A stretch of 64,000 nt of DNA, taken from IMG/VR virus record IMGVR_UViG_3300009103_000001, positions 62,001 to 126,000 of that record, one strand, 5' to 3'. The notes under the pieces were generated by a model. It searched no databases. It was not told where the DNA came from and saw only the letters and a program-made list of their open reading frames with translations. Numbering within the stretch: position 1 is the first letter of the stretch; each line of letters begins with the position of its first letter. Position numbers and translations under genes: made by a program. Positions 19,481-28,914 of the stretch are shown piece by piece.

Positions 19481-21229
19481 ATGGGAATTAGCAATTATTA
19501 TTTTAACAATATCGATGGTTCTTTGATTAATGATGATTATTGGGACTTCCATATAACCTCAGATGACCAAGGACAATGTTTATTCTATGCTTCTTCGTGT
19601 CAAGACACATCTTGTGATTATTCAATAGTGACAGATGATTTGGTTTTATGGTTTGATATTAACCAAAGTGGTACAACAACTGATGGTACATCATTAACAT
19701 CTTTAACAGAGTGGGATGGTACAACAATTAAACCTTCTTCTGGTTTTACATTATGTGATTTTGGTTTAACAGGTGTTGATAATGGAAGGTATGATAGATT
19801 ATCAGGTCTTACCGTTACAATAACGTCAGCTGATACCAAAGTTGTATTATATCCAGTAACGGGATATACAATAAATTCTGCAACTGCGACTGCCGCAACA
19901 AAGGGTATATATGATTATCCATGGGATTATATAACTGGTACCACCACTACAAGTAGAGAATGTGTTGTTGGTGATACAGTATGTTTAAATGGGGGGTTCT
20001 ATCAAGGATATTTTAAATTAGATTTCTTGGAACCAAACCCTATAGAAGAAACTATAACCGCAACTACAAACAATAATTGTAGTACATCAAGTAGTAGCGT
20101 AACAAAAGAATTGGTTCCCGGTGATTCAAATGCAATGATATATGATTTAATGCCAACAGAGTATGAAAATGGTTGGTCAATGGAGACTTGGATTAAATGG
20201 GATAATTCAACTTGTTCTGGTGATACTGGTACAACATTAAACGATGTTTATACCGGTAATACTGGGTTTTTCTTTTATATAGGAACAAGAGCTGAAAATA
20301 AATTTAGAAATGTATTTTCTGGTGAAACAGGTTTATATACTTGTAATGGAAAAGTACCATTATCACCAGACAAACAAGTAGATGTAAACACAGGTGGACA
20401 AACTTGGTTTACTACTAGTAGTTATAGATTTGCGTGTGATAACAGTAGTTGTGTTTGTCCCACAACTGGTAGTACAAATACTGGTACAACAGTATTAGAA
20501 TATTGTGACCAACTATCTGAAAACGCTTTAGGATTCAGAATTAAACCTGATGGTAAAATAGGTTATAGAAAAATGTCTGTAACTGGAGCTTGTTTTAATA
20601 ATGAATTTAGAATGACCGGTACAACAATGGAGGAAGGATATTCGGATAATTCTGTTATACTTTCAGGTGATTCTTGGATGCATATTGTAGTTACTTATAC
20701 CCAAGGTGATGGGTATAGAAATAGTTTACCCGCAGGAACATTAAAATTTTGGGTTAATGGTAGGGTCATATATAGAGTTAAGAATTTTATAGGATTACAG
20801 TTAAGAGCATTAAATGAATGGAGTTCAAAACAATTAGGTGTACCATTTAATATAACGTGGGGTGGTGGAACACAAGGATTGGTTGAATCACAAACATTTG
20901 GTGGACCAGACCCAGCAGATAGAGGGTTACAACTTGAGAAGTATTTTGCTGGTTCATTTTTAGGAGAACTATCACAATTAAGATTTTATGAAAAACCACT
21001 TAATCTATTAGAAATAAGAAATAATTTCTTTGTTGATTGTAACCGTTATTGTATAAGAGAAACGTTTGGTGGGGCACAAATTATACAACCAACATCAAAT
21101 TTATGTGGTGATTGTAAATCTGGGACACCTGCAACATATTTATTATATGATAATGATTGTTTTATCGTAACAGAAAAAGGCGATAAAATAACAACAGAAC
21201 ATTTTAGACCATGTCCACCAGCATGTTAA
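19481..21229 (+). CDS. Cys/Thr-rich virion protein with LamG/concanavalin-like domain
   Basis: WSMETWIK, WMHIVVTY, LKFWVNG and FLGELSQLRFYEKPL are LamG hallmarks; start moved to ATG 19481. Confidence 0.75.
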   Translation: MGISNYYFNNIDGSLINDDYWDFHITSDDQGQCLFYASSCQDTSCDYSIVTDDLVLWFDINQSGTTTDGTSLTSLTEWDGTTIKPSSGFTLCDFGLTGVDNGRYDRLSGLTVTITSADTKVVLYPVTGYTINSATATAATKGIYDYPWDYITGTTTTSRECVVGDTVCLNGGFYQGYFKLDFLEPNPIEETITATTNNNCSTSSSSVTKELVPGDSNAMIYDLMPTEYENGWSMETWIKWDNSTCSGDTGTTLNDVYTGNTGFFFYIGTRAENKFRNVFSGETGLYTCNGKVPLSPDKQVDVNTGGQTWFTTSSYRFACDNSSCVCPTTGSTNTGTTVLEYCDQLSENALGFRIKPDGKIGYRKMSVTGACFNNEFRMTGTTMEEGYSDNSVILSGDSWMHIVVTYTQGDGYRNSLPAGTLKFWVNGRVIYRVKNFIGLQLRALNEWSSKQLGVPFNITWGGGTQGLVESQTFGGPDPADRGLQLEKYFAGSFLGELSQLRFYEKPLNLLEIRNNFFVDCNRYCIRETFGGAQIIQPTSNLCGDCKSGTPATYLLYDNDCFIVTEKGDKITTEHFRPCPPAC

Positions 21230-21245
21230 ATAAAATAATATAACT

Positions 21246-22109
21246 ATGGCGAATAAAAGAATAGACCAATTACCAAAAAATACTAACGCGTTAAAAGACT
21301 CGGATTTAATACCTATATGGGATGTTGTTAATAGTAAAACTGAAAGTGTATCTTTAGGTTCTTTATCTAGTTTTATAGATACGGCAACATTTACTGGTAA
21401 TACAGAAGCTACTTGTATATCTAATTTATATGTTAGTAATCTTTTCCCTTGTTCACCATTAACAATTTACGGTAATGTTGTTATACCTTCAGGTATAACG
21501 GTAGGTGGTACCATTACATGGTCTGGTGGTAGTGGACATAGTGGTCACGGAGTGACCATTACACCACAAGGTATTACCATAACTGGTAGTACAAGTGGTG
21601 GTACAGGTACAACAAGTACTACAATAACAAGTAGTGGTATTAATACACCTGGTTTAACTACACCTAATATATCTACGTCAGGTATAACAGTAGGTGGTAC
21701 CATTACATGGTCTGGTGGTAGTGGACATAGTGGTCACGGAGTGACCATTACACCACAAGGTATGTCAATAACTAGTAGTGGTAGCACTATAATAATTTCT
21801 AACTCAGGTATATTAAATAATACTAGATTTTTAGGTAATACTGGTGGTACTATAACTATAAATGATTATTTTATAATAATTAACGGAAATGGTAGTCCAA
21901 CATGGACACTACCTAATTCACCTAATAATGGTAAAGAATTTTTATTTCGTAGAAACGATACAAATATAGGTACTTGCACTATTCAAACTTCTGGTAGTGA
22001 TGAAATTTTAGAATTAAATACTGGTACAGTTAGTACATCTATAACATTAATAAATGGTGAATCAAAAAAAGTTATTTACCATGATGCCATATGGTATGAA
22101 GTAATATAA
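21246..22109 (+). CDS. Fibre-like virion protein with internal duplication
   Basis: MANKRIDQLP N-terminus; C-x11-CSP module; duplicated 28-aa segment; C-terminal TLPNSPNNGKEFLF fibre-type domain. Confidence 0.8.
   Translation: MANKRIDQLPKNTNALKDSDLIPIWDVVNSKTESVSLGSLSSFIDTATFTGNTEATCISNLYVSNLFPCSPLTIYGNVVIPSGITVGGTITWSGGSGHSGHGVTITPQGITITGSTSGGTGTTSTTITSSGINTPGLTTPNISTSGITVGGTITWSGGSGHSGHGVTITPQGMSITSSGSTIIISNSGILNNTRFLGNTGGTITINDYFIIINGNGSPTWTLPNSPNNGKEFLFRRNDTNIGTCTIQTSGSDEILELNTGTVSTSITLINGESKKVIYHDAIWYEVI
21489..21763 (+). repeat. Two 86-bp direct repeats (21489-21574, 21678-21763) with one mismatch
   Basis: tcaggtataac(g/a)gtaggtggtaccattacatggtctggtggtagtggacatagtggtcacggagtgaccattacaccacaaggtat. 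Confidence 0.9.
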
Positions 22110-22118
22110 TTAAATAAT

Positions 22119-22511
22119 ATGGGACAAAACTTTTTTATACGTAAAAATTCAGAATTACCAATATTAAAAATGAAAGTTATTAATGATGGTAGAAGTGATT
22201 ATAAAAAGATTTTTGATAATCTAGAGAATGCTGCAGTGACATTTTCAATGGTCGATTCTGAAACAGGTAAACCAAAAGTATTTAATAAACAAGCTTTTAT
22301 AATACCAGTAATAAAAGATATATGTAAAGAAGATGAAGAATACTATATTGGGTATAAATTTAGTGAAAGAGAAGTTAATAGAGTGGGAACATATAAAGCT
22401 GAATTTAAAATAGATTTTTTAGATGATGGGTGTTCATTAATTGTACCAATAAGAGAAGATTTATTTGTTAATGTAACAGATAGTTTCACTAACTCAAAAA
22501 TAGTTTGTTAA
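22119..22511 (+). CDS. Putative virion structural protein (BppU-like/Ig-like)
   Basis: FFIRKNSELPIL...AAVTFSM...GTYKAEFKIDF pattern; structural gene context. Confidence 0.6.
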   Translation: MGQNFFIRKNSELPILKMKVINDGRSDYKKIFDNLENAAVTFSMVDSETGKPKVFNKQAFIIPVIKDICKEDEEYYIGYKFSEREVNRVGTYKAEFKIDFLDDGCSLIVPIREDLFVNVTDSFTNSKIVC

Positions 22512-23050
22512 TGGAAAAATTAATTAAAAAAATATTAAAAGAAGAATTATTAAAAGAAAACTTAAGGTTTGATGATATCTATAGTGAGTTATGGGATAAG
22601 ATGTTATATAGTGTTTGTATGAAGTACACTAATGATATTAATGTAGCACAGGATTATTGTCAAAATGGTTTTATGAAAGTATATAATAATCTTCATACAT
22701 ATAAAAATACTGGTTCTTTAGAAGGTTGGGTTAGAAGAATTATTAATAACTCAATGATAGATGATTTTAGAAAAAAGAAAAATCAACCAACTGCACAAAC
22801 AATAGATGAACCGGATTGGGGACGTATAGATTCAGGGTATGATGATGAAGAATACAGTGAAGATGATAGGATGCACTATGTTAAACAAGCTATAACAAAT
22901 CTAAGCCCATCAAACAGAGAAGCTTTTGAATTATACTTGGATGGTTATAAACATGAAGAAATCGCTGATATGTTGGGCATTAGTGTTGTGGCCTCTAAAT
23001 CAAGGGTTTTTAAAGCTAAAAGAGAAATTAGGAAATTAATTAATCTCTAA
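22511..23050 (+). CDS. ECF-type sigma-70 factor carrying the shared leader (MEKLIKKILKEELLKE)
   Basis: Region 2 AQDYCQNGFMKVY...GSLEGWVRRIINNSMIDDFRK; region 4 LSPSNREAFEL...HEEIADMLGIS...SKSRVFKAK. Confidence 0.9.
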   Translation: MEKLIKKILKEELLKENLRFDDIYSELWDKMLYSVCMKYTNDINVAQDYCQNGFMKVYNNLHTYKNTGSLEGWVRRIINNSMIDDFRKKKNQPTAQTIDEPDWGRIDSGYDDEEYSEDDRMHYVKQAITNLSPSNREAFELYLDGYKHEEIADMLGISVVASKSRVFKAKREIRKLINL

Positions 23051-23663
23051 ATGGGTAAGTGACCATTAATTCTGGATATTTTTTTTGTGTTTCAGATAAA
23101 ATTTTATGTATAGAACTATAAGTACCTTCAGCATATACATTTTTTAAATATTTTAAATATTCTTCTCTTGTTTTAATTTTTCTTGTGTAAGAATTTTGCC
23201 ATAAAGCATAATCAATAACACTCATTTCCCAAGAGTTAAAAACAGCGTGATTATGTTGCTCACCCAAATTAGTTGTAGACCTTGAATTAGCAACTTTCAT
23301 ACCAAATAGATTATTATTTTCAATAAAAATTAAACTTTTAAAATTACCCGTTTCATATCTAGCTTGAGAAAACACTATATCGGGAAATTTAACATTTAAT
23401 TTTAATAGGTAATCTACTAATTTTTTTTCAGTAAAAACATTTAATGTATCAATTAGTACTATCTCTTTTTCATAACTAATATCATTTTTAAATATATTAA
23501 CTAAATTATCATTATTACTACCTAAAATATAACCTATTTGTATTAATATAAAAATAATAGATATTGGTAATATTGTTAGGTAACAAAATTGTCTAAATAA
23601 TGTTGTAAATATTGGTACAAACAACATTTCCTCATCATCATATTTATATAATTTTTTAAACAT
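23040..23663 (-). CDS. Glucosaminidase-domain cell-wall hydrolase with N-terminal TM anchor
   Basis: QARYETG...NNNLFGMK...FNSWEMSVIDY; TM segment; start moved to ATG 23663 because the promoter overlaps the TTG. Confidence 0.8.
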   Translation of the reverse strand: MFKKLYKYDDEEMLFVPIFTTLFRQFCYLTILPISIIFILIQIGYILGSNNDNLVNIFKNDISYEKEIVLIDTLNVFTEKKLVDYLLKLNVKFPDIVFSQARYETGNFKSLIFIENNNLFGMKVANSRSTTNLGEQHNHAVFNSWEMSVIDYALWQNSYTRKIKTREEYLKYLKNVYAEGTYSSIHKILSETQKKYPELMVTYPFRD

Positions 23664-23666
23664 ACT

Positions 23667-23698
23667 CAAATATAAAAAAAATCCCCTTTATTATCAAA
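23667..23698 (-). promoter_or_regulatory. Bacteroidota-type promoter TTTG-N20-TATATTTG
   Basis: Consensus match upstream of the glucosaminidase gene. Confidence 0.55.
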
Positions 23699-23709
23699 TA
23701 AAGAGGATT
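23674..23709 (-). terminator. Intrinsic terminator after clpC
   Basis: Minus-strand stem aatcctctttatt/aataaaggggatt followed by a U-tract. Confidence 0.6.
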
Positions 23710-23728
23710 CAAATTAATAGAAAAAACA

Positions 23729-26206
23729 CTATTTTTTTGGTTTTTTAATTGTTACGGAAACTTTATTTTTAGTAAAGCTAACAACAATTGTATCACCTTC
23801 TTTTAATTCACCATCTAACATTTTTTCAGCTATTGGGTCTTCAACATATCGTTGAATAGCTCTATTTAATGGTCTAGCTCCGTATTTCTCATCATAACCT
23901 TTTTCTGTTAAATAGGCTTTCATTTTTGGTGTAACAGTTAGATTGTAACCTAACTCTAACATTCTATCTTTAAGTTCTTTTATAGGTAAATCTACAATTT
24001 TCTTAATTTCTTCTTTATTTAAAGATTTAAAAATTATAATATCATCTAAACGATTTAAAAATTCTGGTGAGAATGTTTTTTTAACAGAGTCTTCAATTAC
24101 CCCATCTCTAATCTCTTCAAGATTATCTATTTTAGCTTTAGTACCAAAACCAACACCAGTACCAAAATCTTGTAATTTTCTAGCTCCAATATTAGATGTC
24201 ATAATTATTAAAGTATTTCTGAAATCAACTTTACGACCTAAACCATCAGTTAAGTGCCCTTCATCAAATACTTGTAATAAAACATTAAATACATCTGTGT
24301 GAGCCTTTTCTATTTCATCTAATAATATTAAAGAATATGGTTTTCTTCTAACTTTTTCAGTTAGTTGGCCACCTTCCTCATAACCAACGTAACCTGGAGG
24401 TGCACCAACTAATTTAGACACAGAATGTTTTTCCATATATTCAGACATATCAACTCTAATAACCGAATCTTCTGAACCATAAACAATTTCAGATAAAACT
24501 TTAGCTAAATGTGTTTTACCAACACCAGTAGGACCTAAAAATATAAAAGAACCAATTGGTTTATCATGGTTTTTAATACCCATTCTATTTCTTCTAATAG
24601 CTTTAGATATTTGTTCCACAGCCCCATCTTGACCTATAACTCTAGATATTATATCACTAGACATATTCTTAAGTTTTTCTAAGTCAGTTTGTGTGACTTT
24701 ATTTACTGGTATACCTGTGACCATAGAAACAACTTTTGCGACATCTTCTTCTGTTATTGTTTTTCTAACAGAATTAAGGTTTTCATTCCATTCTTGTGTG
24801 GCATCATCCAATTCTTTTTTCAACCTTCTTTCTTCATCACGAAGTTTTGCGGCTTCTTCATATCTTTGTGCCCTAACCACATCTTTCTTCTTCTCGTCAA
24901 CCTCATTAATTTTTTCTTCTAAATCAGTAACATTTTTAGGTGGTTGTACGTGTACTTGAGCTCTAGCACCAACCTCATCTAATATATCGATAGATTTGTC
25001 TGGTTGTTCTCTATCTGTAATATATCTATCAGCCATTTTCACACAAGCTTTAATTGATTCATCGTCATAAATAACTTTATGATGGTCTTCATACTTATCT
25101 TTAATATTTTCAAGAATAACCAAAGTATTTTCAGTACTTGGTGGTTCAATCATAACTTGTTGAAATCTACGTGTTAAAGCACCATCCTTTTCAAAGTTTT
25201 CACGAAACTCATCTAATGTAGTTGCCCCAATACATTGTATTTCACCCCTAGCTAAAGCTGGTTTCAATATATTTGAAGCGTCTAAAGAACCAGATGCATT
25301 ACCAGCACCAACCATAGTATGTATTTCATCAACAAAAAGTATAACATCATCAGTTTTACTAAGTTCTTGTAAAATACCTTTTAATCGTTCTTCAAATTGA
25401 CCCCTATATTTGGTACCAGCAACTAATAAAGCCATATCCAAAGTTACAAGTCTCATATCATAAAGAATTCTAGGACATTTTCTTTGGGCGATTTTTAAAG
25501 CCAAACCTTCTGCAATAGCTGTTTTACCAACACCAGGTTCACCAATTAAGATTGGGTTATTCTTTTTACGTCTACTTAGTATTTGAGAAACACGTTCTAT
25601 TTCGTCTTCTCTTCCGACAATTGGGTCTATTGCCCCATTCTCAGCCAATTTAGTAATATCCCTACCAAAATTATCTAATATTGGAGTATTACTATTTGAG
25701 TCATTTTTCTTTAACCCTCCGGTATTTTTTTCTTCTTCCATACCACTAAACATTCTATTCATAATTGTGTCATTTTTAATTTCTATTAATATACTTTTAA
25801 AATTCTTATAAGTCAAACCTTGATTATTTAAAACTTTAGTACCACCAAACTCTCTATATTTTAATATTGACAACATAACATGTTCAGTGCCAACATATTC
25901 ATCATTTAATTTGTCAGACTCCATTTCAGCAACATTTAATACTAATTTAGAGTTTTTACTTAATGGTATTAATTTTTTTTTAATTCTAGGTTTTCTAATT
26001 TTTAACCTCATATAACTATCTAATTTAGAGAATAAATCATCAATATCAAATCCCATAGATAGTATAACCTCAACCACGTTATTATCATAGTCACTAAGCA
26101 AAGCCAATAATATATGTTCGGGGTCAATATCATTACCCCCTAATCTTATGGATTCCTTAAATGACCTTTTTAATATTTCTTTAATTTTTGGGTCTGTTGG
26201 TTTCAC
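23729..26206 (-). CDS. clpC: ATP-dependent Clp protease ATP-binding subunit ClpC
   Basis: Clp-N repeats, two AAA+ modules ([16 protein letters not shown]), UVR motif, [10 protein letters not shown]. Confidence 0.95.
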   Translation of the reverse strand: MKPTDPKIKEILKRSFKESIRLGGNDIDPEHILLALLSDYDNNVVEVILSMGFDIDDLFSKLDSYMRLKIRKPRIKKKLIPLSKNSKLVLNVAEMESDKLNDEYVGTEHVMLSILKYREFGGTKVLNNQGLTYKNFKSILIEIKNDTIMNRMFSGMEEEKNTGGLKKNDSNSNTPILDNFGRDITKLAENGAIDPIVGREDEIERVSQILSRRKKNNPILIGEPGVGKTAIAEGLALKIAQRKCPRILYDMRLVTLDMALLVAGTKYRGQFEERLKGILQELSKTDDVILFVDEIHTMVGAGNASGSLDASNILKPALARGEIQCIGATTLDEFRENFEKDGALTRRFQQVMIEPPSTENTLVILENIKDKYEDHHKVIYDDESIKACVKMADRYITDREQPDKSIDILDEVGARAQVHVQPPKNVTDLEEKINEVDEKKKDVVRAQRYEEAAKLRDEERRLKKELDDATQEWNENLNSVRKTITEEDVAKVVSMVTGIPVNKVTQTDLEKLKNMSSDIISRVIGQDGAVEQISKAIRRNRMGIKNHDKPIGSFIFLGPTGVGKTHLAKVLSEIVYGSEDSVIRVDMSEYMEKHSVSKLVGAPPGYVGYEEGGQLTEKVRRKPYSLILLDEIEKAHTDVFNVLLQVFDEGHLTDGLGRKVDFRNTLIIMTSNIGARKLQDFGTGVGFGTKAKIDNLEEIRDGVIEDSVKKTFSPEFLNRLDDIIIFKSLNKEEIKKIVDLPIKELKDRMLELGYNLTVTPKMKAYLTEKGYDEKYGARPLNRAIQRYVEDPIAEKMLDGELKEGDTIVVSFTKNKVSVTIKKPKK

Positions 26207-26294
26207 AGTACAAGTATAATTATAAATAATTAATTCGACAAGTTATTTAGTTTTTTTTATTCATTAACTATATTTAATATTAAATTTAATTAAA

Positions 26295-26510
26295 ATGTAT
26301 AAAAAGTTAACAATAGTTTTTAAAAATAACCCAAATTCAGTAGATGAGTTTGATGGTGGCACTTATACTGTTACGTATGAAAATACTAGTATTGTTGTTA
26401 GTGGTGATTATTTAGTTTTAACCACACAAGAACAAGATGAAAAGGGTGATGGTTATGTTCAAGGAAAAATACACCATCTTAAAGAGGTTTTAAGTTATAG
26501 AGGTCAATAA
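26295..26510 (+). CDS. Hypothetical protein
   Basis: 71 aa, stop overlaps the next start. Confidence 0.65.
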   Translation: MYKKLTIVFKNNPNSVDEFDGGTYTVTYENTSIVVSGDYLVLTTQEQDEKGDGYVQGKIHHLKEVLSYRGQ

Positions 26511-26812
26511 TGGCAGTAATAGAAAAAACAGAAAGAGATGATGGTGTTATAGAATGTTTAATAGATTCTTCTAACATACTTAAATCTGAGTATAAAGAAT
26601 CTAATAACACATTAATATTAACATTTAAGGCTGGAACTAGATATGAATATAAAGGTATTTTAAATAGAGATTATGTCAGGTTTGAAATGACAGAAAGCCA
26701 AGGTAGTGTTTTCAATAAGACAATGAGGAAGTATGAATATGAGAAATTAGAAAGTACTGACGCTTCATTAATTAAAGAACGTATAGAAGAAATTAAAAAA
26801 GAAAGAAATTAA
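26510..26812 (+). CDS. KTSC-domain protein
   Basis: DSSNILKSEY...LILTFKAGTRYEY...ESQGSVFNK. Confidence 0.85.
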   Translation: MAVIEKTERDDGVIECLIDSSNILKSEYKESNNTLILTFKAGTRYEYKGILNRDYVRFEMTESQGSVFNKTMRKYEYEKLESTDASLIKERIEEIKKERN

Positions 26813-27138
26813 TTTTTACTATAAGAAACAACATCATAAATACTAAGACAAGGTTGTTCACCTTCAAATTCACTTTTAGCTTTAAACACAAAAACAGGAC
26901 CTTCTGTATGTACAATATAAGTTAAGTCATTATTATCACTATAACCTAAGAATTTTATAGTGACATTTTCAAAACCAAAAGATTTTAATTTTTTAATAAC
27001 TAAAGATTTTATAGATTCACCAGTACATTGTATTTCAGATAATATATCAGCAATTTCTACCGCAGTAATTTCATTCATACGATTTTCTAGTAGTTTTTTA
27101 AACTGACCTTCCTTTAATATTATAGTTTTATTTTTCAT
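26809..27138 (-). CDS. Leader-bearing protein (MKNKTIILKEGQFKKLLE)
   Basis: Late motif on the minus strand at 27161-27170; start moved to ATG 27138. Confidence 0.75.
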   Translation of the reverse strand: MKNKTIILKEGQFKKLLENRMNEITAVEIADILSEIQCTGESIKSLVIKKLKSFGFENVTIKFLGYSDNNDLTYIVHTEGPVFVFKAKSEFEGEQPCLSIYDVVSYSKN

Positions 27139-27173
27139 TACCAAACCTAAATTGTTTTTTAATAAATATCTGA

Positions 27174-27764
27174 TTAGTTTTCATAATCTTCGTCATATTC
27201 CCTAGGGTCAAAACCAGATTGTCTTTTTTCGTATTCCTCAGTGTCTAATTCAGCTTCATACGCTCTACCATCCTCAAAACCTTTATTATATATTTTTTCT
27301 AATTTATTTTCTACTTCTTTTTCTTCACAATCCTCATACCCTTTTTCATGGCCAGCGTCATAACCTTCTTCATACCCAATATCCTTAGCTTCATCAATTT
27401 CATCCTCACAATCATATCTTGCATCTCGGCCCCCATCATGAAAACCCTCATTATAACCTTGTTGTTCACCCTCTTCCCAACCTTCTTGTTGTCCTTTTTG
27501 TCTACCATTGTCATAAATCTCTTCAGAAAAATTATATAAAACATTAGTCATTTCATCTAGTTTATCAACATCTAAACCTAAATTATAAATAAAGTCTACA
27601 AGTTTATATGTGCGGTTTTCTGGGTCATGAATATAATAATCCCAATCCTGTAAATCACTTAAGTCATTAGCAATATCAGTTTTAGAGGCCGGTTCAATAT
27701 CTCCAACCCAATCAAAATCATTATCTTCCTTTAATATTTTCTTAATTAAATCTTTCATTATCAT
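27174..27764 (-). CDS. Leader-bearing acidic protein (KDLIKKILKEDNDFDW) with GxxxG repeats
   Basis: GRQKGQQEGWEEGEQQGYNEGFHDG and GYEEGYDAGHEKGYED repeats, FliH/Yae1-like pattern. Confidence 0.8.
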   Translation of the reverse strand: MIMKDLIKKILKEDNDFDWVGDIEPASKTDIANDLSDLQDWDYYIHDPENRTYKLVDFIYNLGLDVDKLDEMTNVLYNFSEEIYDNGRQKGQQEGWEEGEQQGYNEGFHDGGRDARYDCEDEIDEAKDIGYEEGYDAGHEKGYEDCEEKEVENKLEKIYNKGFEDGRAYEAELDTEEYEKRQSGFDPREYDEDYEN

Positions 27765-27767
27765 TTA

Positions 27768-27787
27768 ATAAATATCAAGATATTTAT
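27768..27787. promoter_or_regulatory. Back-to-back late promoter elements ATAAATATC-AA-GATATTTAT
   Basis: Perfect 9-bp inverted repeat between divergent genes 27764(-) and 27792(+). Confidence 0.65.
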
Positions 27788-27791
27788 GAAT

Positions 27792-28583
27792 ATGGATTTA
27801 AACGAGAAAGAAATTGAACAAGCCAATAGAACTATAGATTTATCTGGCTTTAAAATGCAAGATGACCTTAATCCTAAGATTTGGGACAAGGAACAAAATA
27901 TGAAATCTGATGTTAGAAAAACACTTTTAAAAATCGCTGATGATTATTTTGAATCTTTGGAAATACCTGGTGTTGATATAGAAGATGTTACAATGACAGG
28001 TAGTTTAGCTAATTATAATTGGTCAAAATATTCTGATATAGATTTACATATATTAATAGATTATGAAGAGATGCCAATGGATGAAACTTTAATTGAAGAT
28101 TTTCTTAAATCAAAAAGTTCTAATTGGAATAAAGAACATGATATTAAGGTTTATGGTTTTGATGTCGAATTATATGTACAAGATATCGAAGAAGAACATA
28201 CATCAACAGGCGTTTATTCTATATTAAAAAATGAATGGGTAATTAAACCAGAAAAAAAGAAGATATCAATTAATGATAAAACTATAAAGAATAAAGCTAA
28301 TCGATTAATGGATATGATTGATAGTGTATATGAAGATATGGAAGAAGAGGAAGATTATGATAAAATAGTTAATCTTGCACAAAAAATACAGGATAAAATA
28401 AAAAAAATGCGCCAATGTGGGTTAGAAGAAGGTGGTGAATGGTCTGTAGAAAATATTGTATTTAAAGTATTGAGAAGAAATGGTATGTTAGATAGGTTGG
28501 GTGATATAAAAACTGTGGCTTATGATAAATCTATGACATTGGAATCAATTAATGGGTTTAATGATAAATTTAAACAAATTTAA
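27792..28583 (+). CDS. Nucleotidyltransferase (Pol-beta superfamily)
   Basis: TGSLANYNWSKYSDIDLH (GS...DxD) and DVELYVQD; likely start ATG 27792 (MDLNE). Confidence 0.8.
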   Translation: MDLNEKEIEQANRTIDLSGFKMQDDLNPKIWDKEQNMKSDVRKTLLKIADDYFESLEIPGVDIEDVTMTGSLANYNWSKYSDIDLHILIDYEEMPMDETLIEDFLKSKSSNWNKEHDIKVYGFDVELYVQDIEEEHTSTGVYSILKNEWVIKPEKKKISINDKTIKNKANRLMDMIDSVYEDMEEEEDYDKIVNLAQKIQDKIKKMRQCGLEEGGEWSVENIVFKVLRRNGMLDRLGDIKTVAYDKSMTLESINGFNDKFKQI

Positions 28584-28608
28584 ACATATTTATTAATAAA
28601 AAGAAATT

Positions 28609-28899
28609 ATGGACAGTTATTACATAGTAGATACACCAGCAACAGCTATTTATTCAGCTAACACATACTATTCGATTTATGTTGATGCGGGAGTCACATT
28701 AGTATATAAAGGTGTTACGTTCCCTGGACCCACAAGTGGACCAATAATAGTAAATTTAACAGTAAATGGACCAACTGATATTGCTGGTAGTGACGCTACT
28801 ATAATTCTAATGGGCAAGAAAAAACCACAAGCATTTGCACCAGGACCTCCAGGTCAAGGTGGTATGAATACTGATGGTACTTGGAATATAAAGGGGTAA
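28609..28899 (+). CDS. Small beta-rich late protein
   Basis: CATATTTATT at 28585; 96 aa. Confidence 0.7.
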   Translation: MDSYYIVDTPATAIYSANTYYSIYVDAGVTLVYKGVTFPGPTSGPIIVNLTVNGPTDIAGSDATIILMGKKKPQAFAPGPPGQGGMNTDGTWNIKG

Positions 28900-28914
28900 A
28901 ATAAAAATATTACA

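Noticed and set aside
21489-21763. Possible DGR template/variable repeat pair with a GGA-loop hairpin
   Set aside because: Only one mismatch, both copies are in frame in mid-gene, and no reverse transcriptase is present in the window
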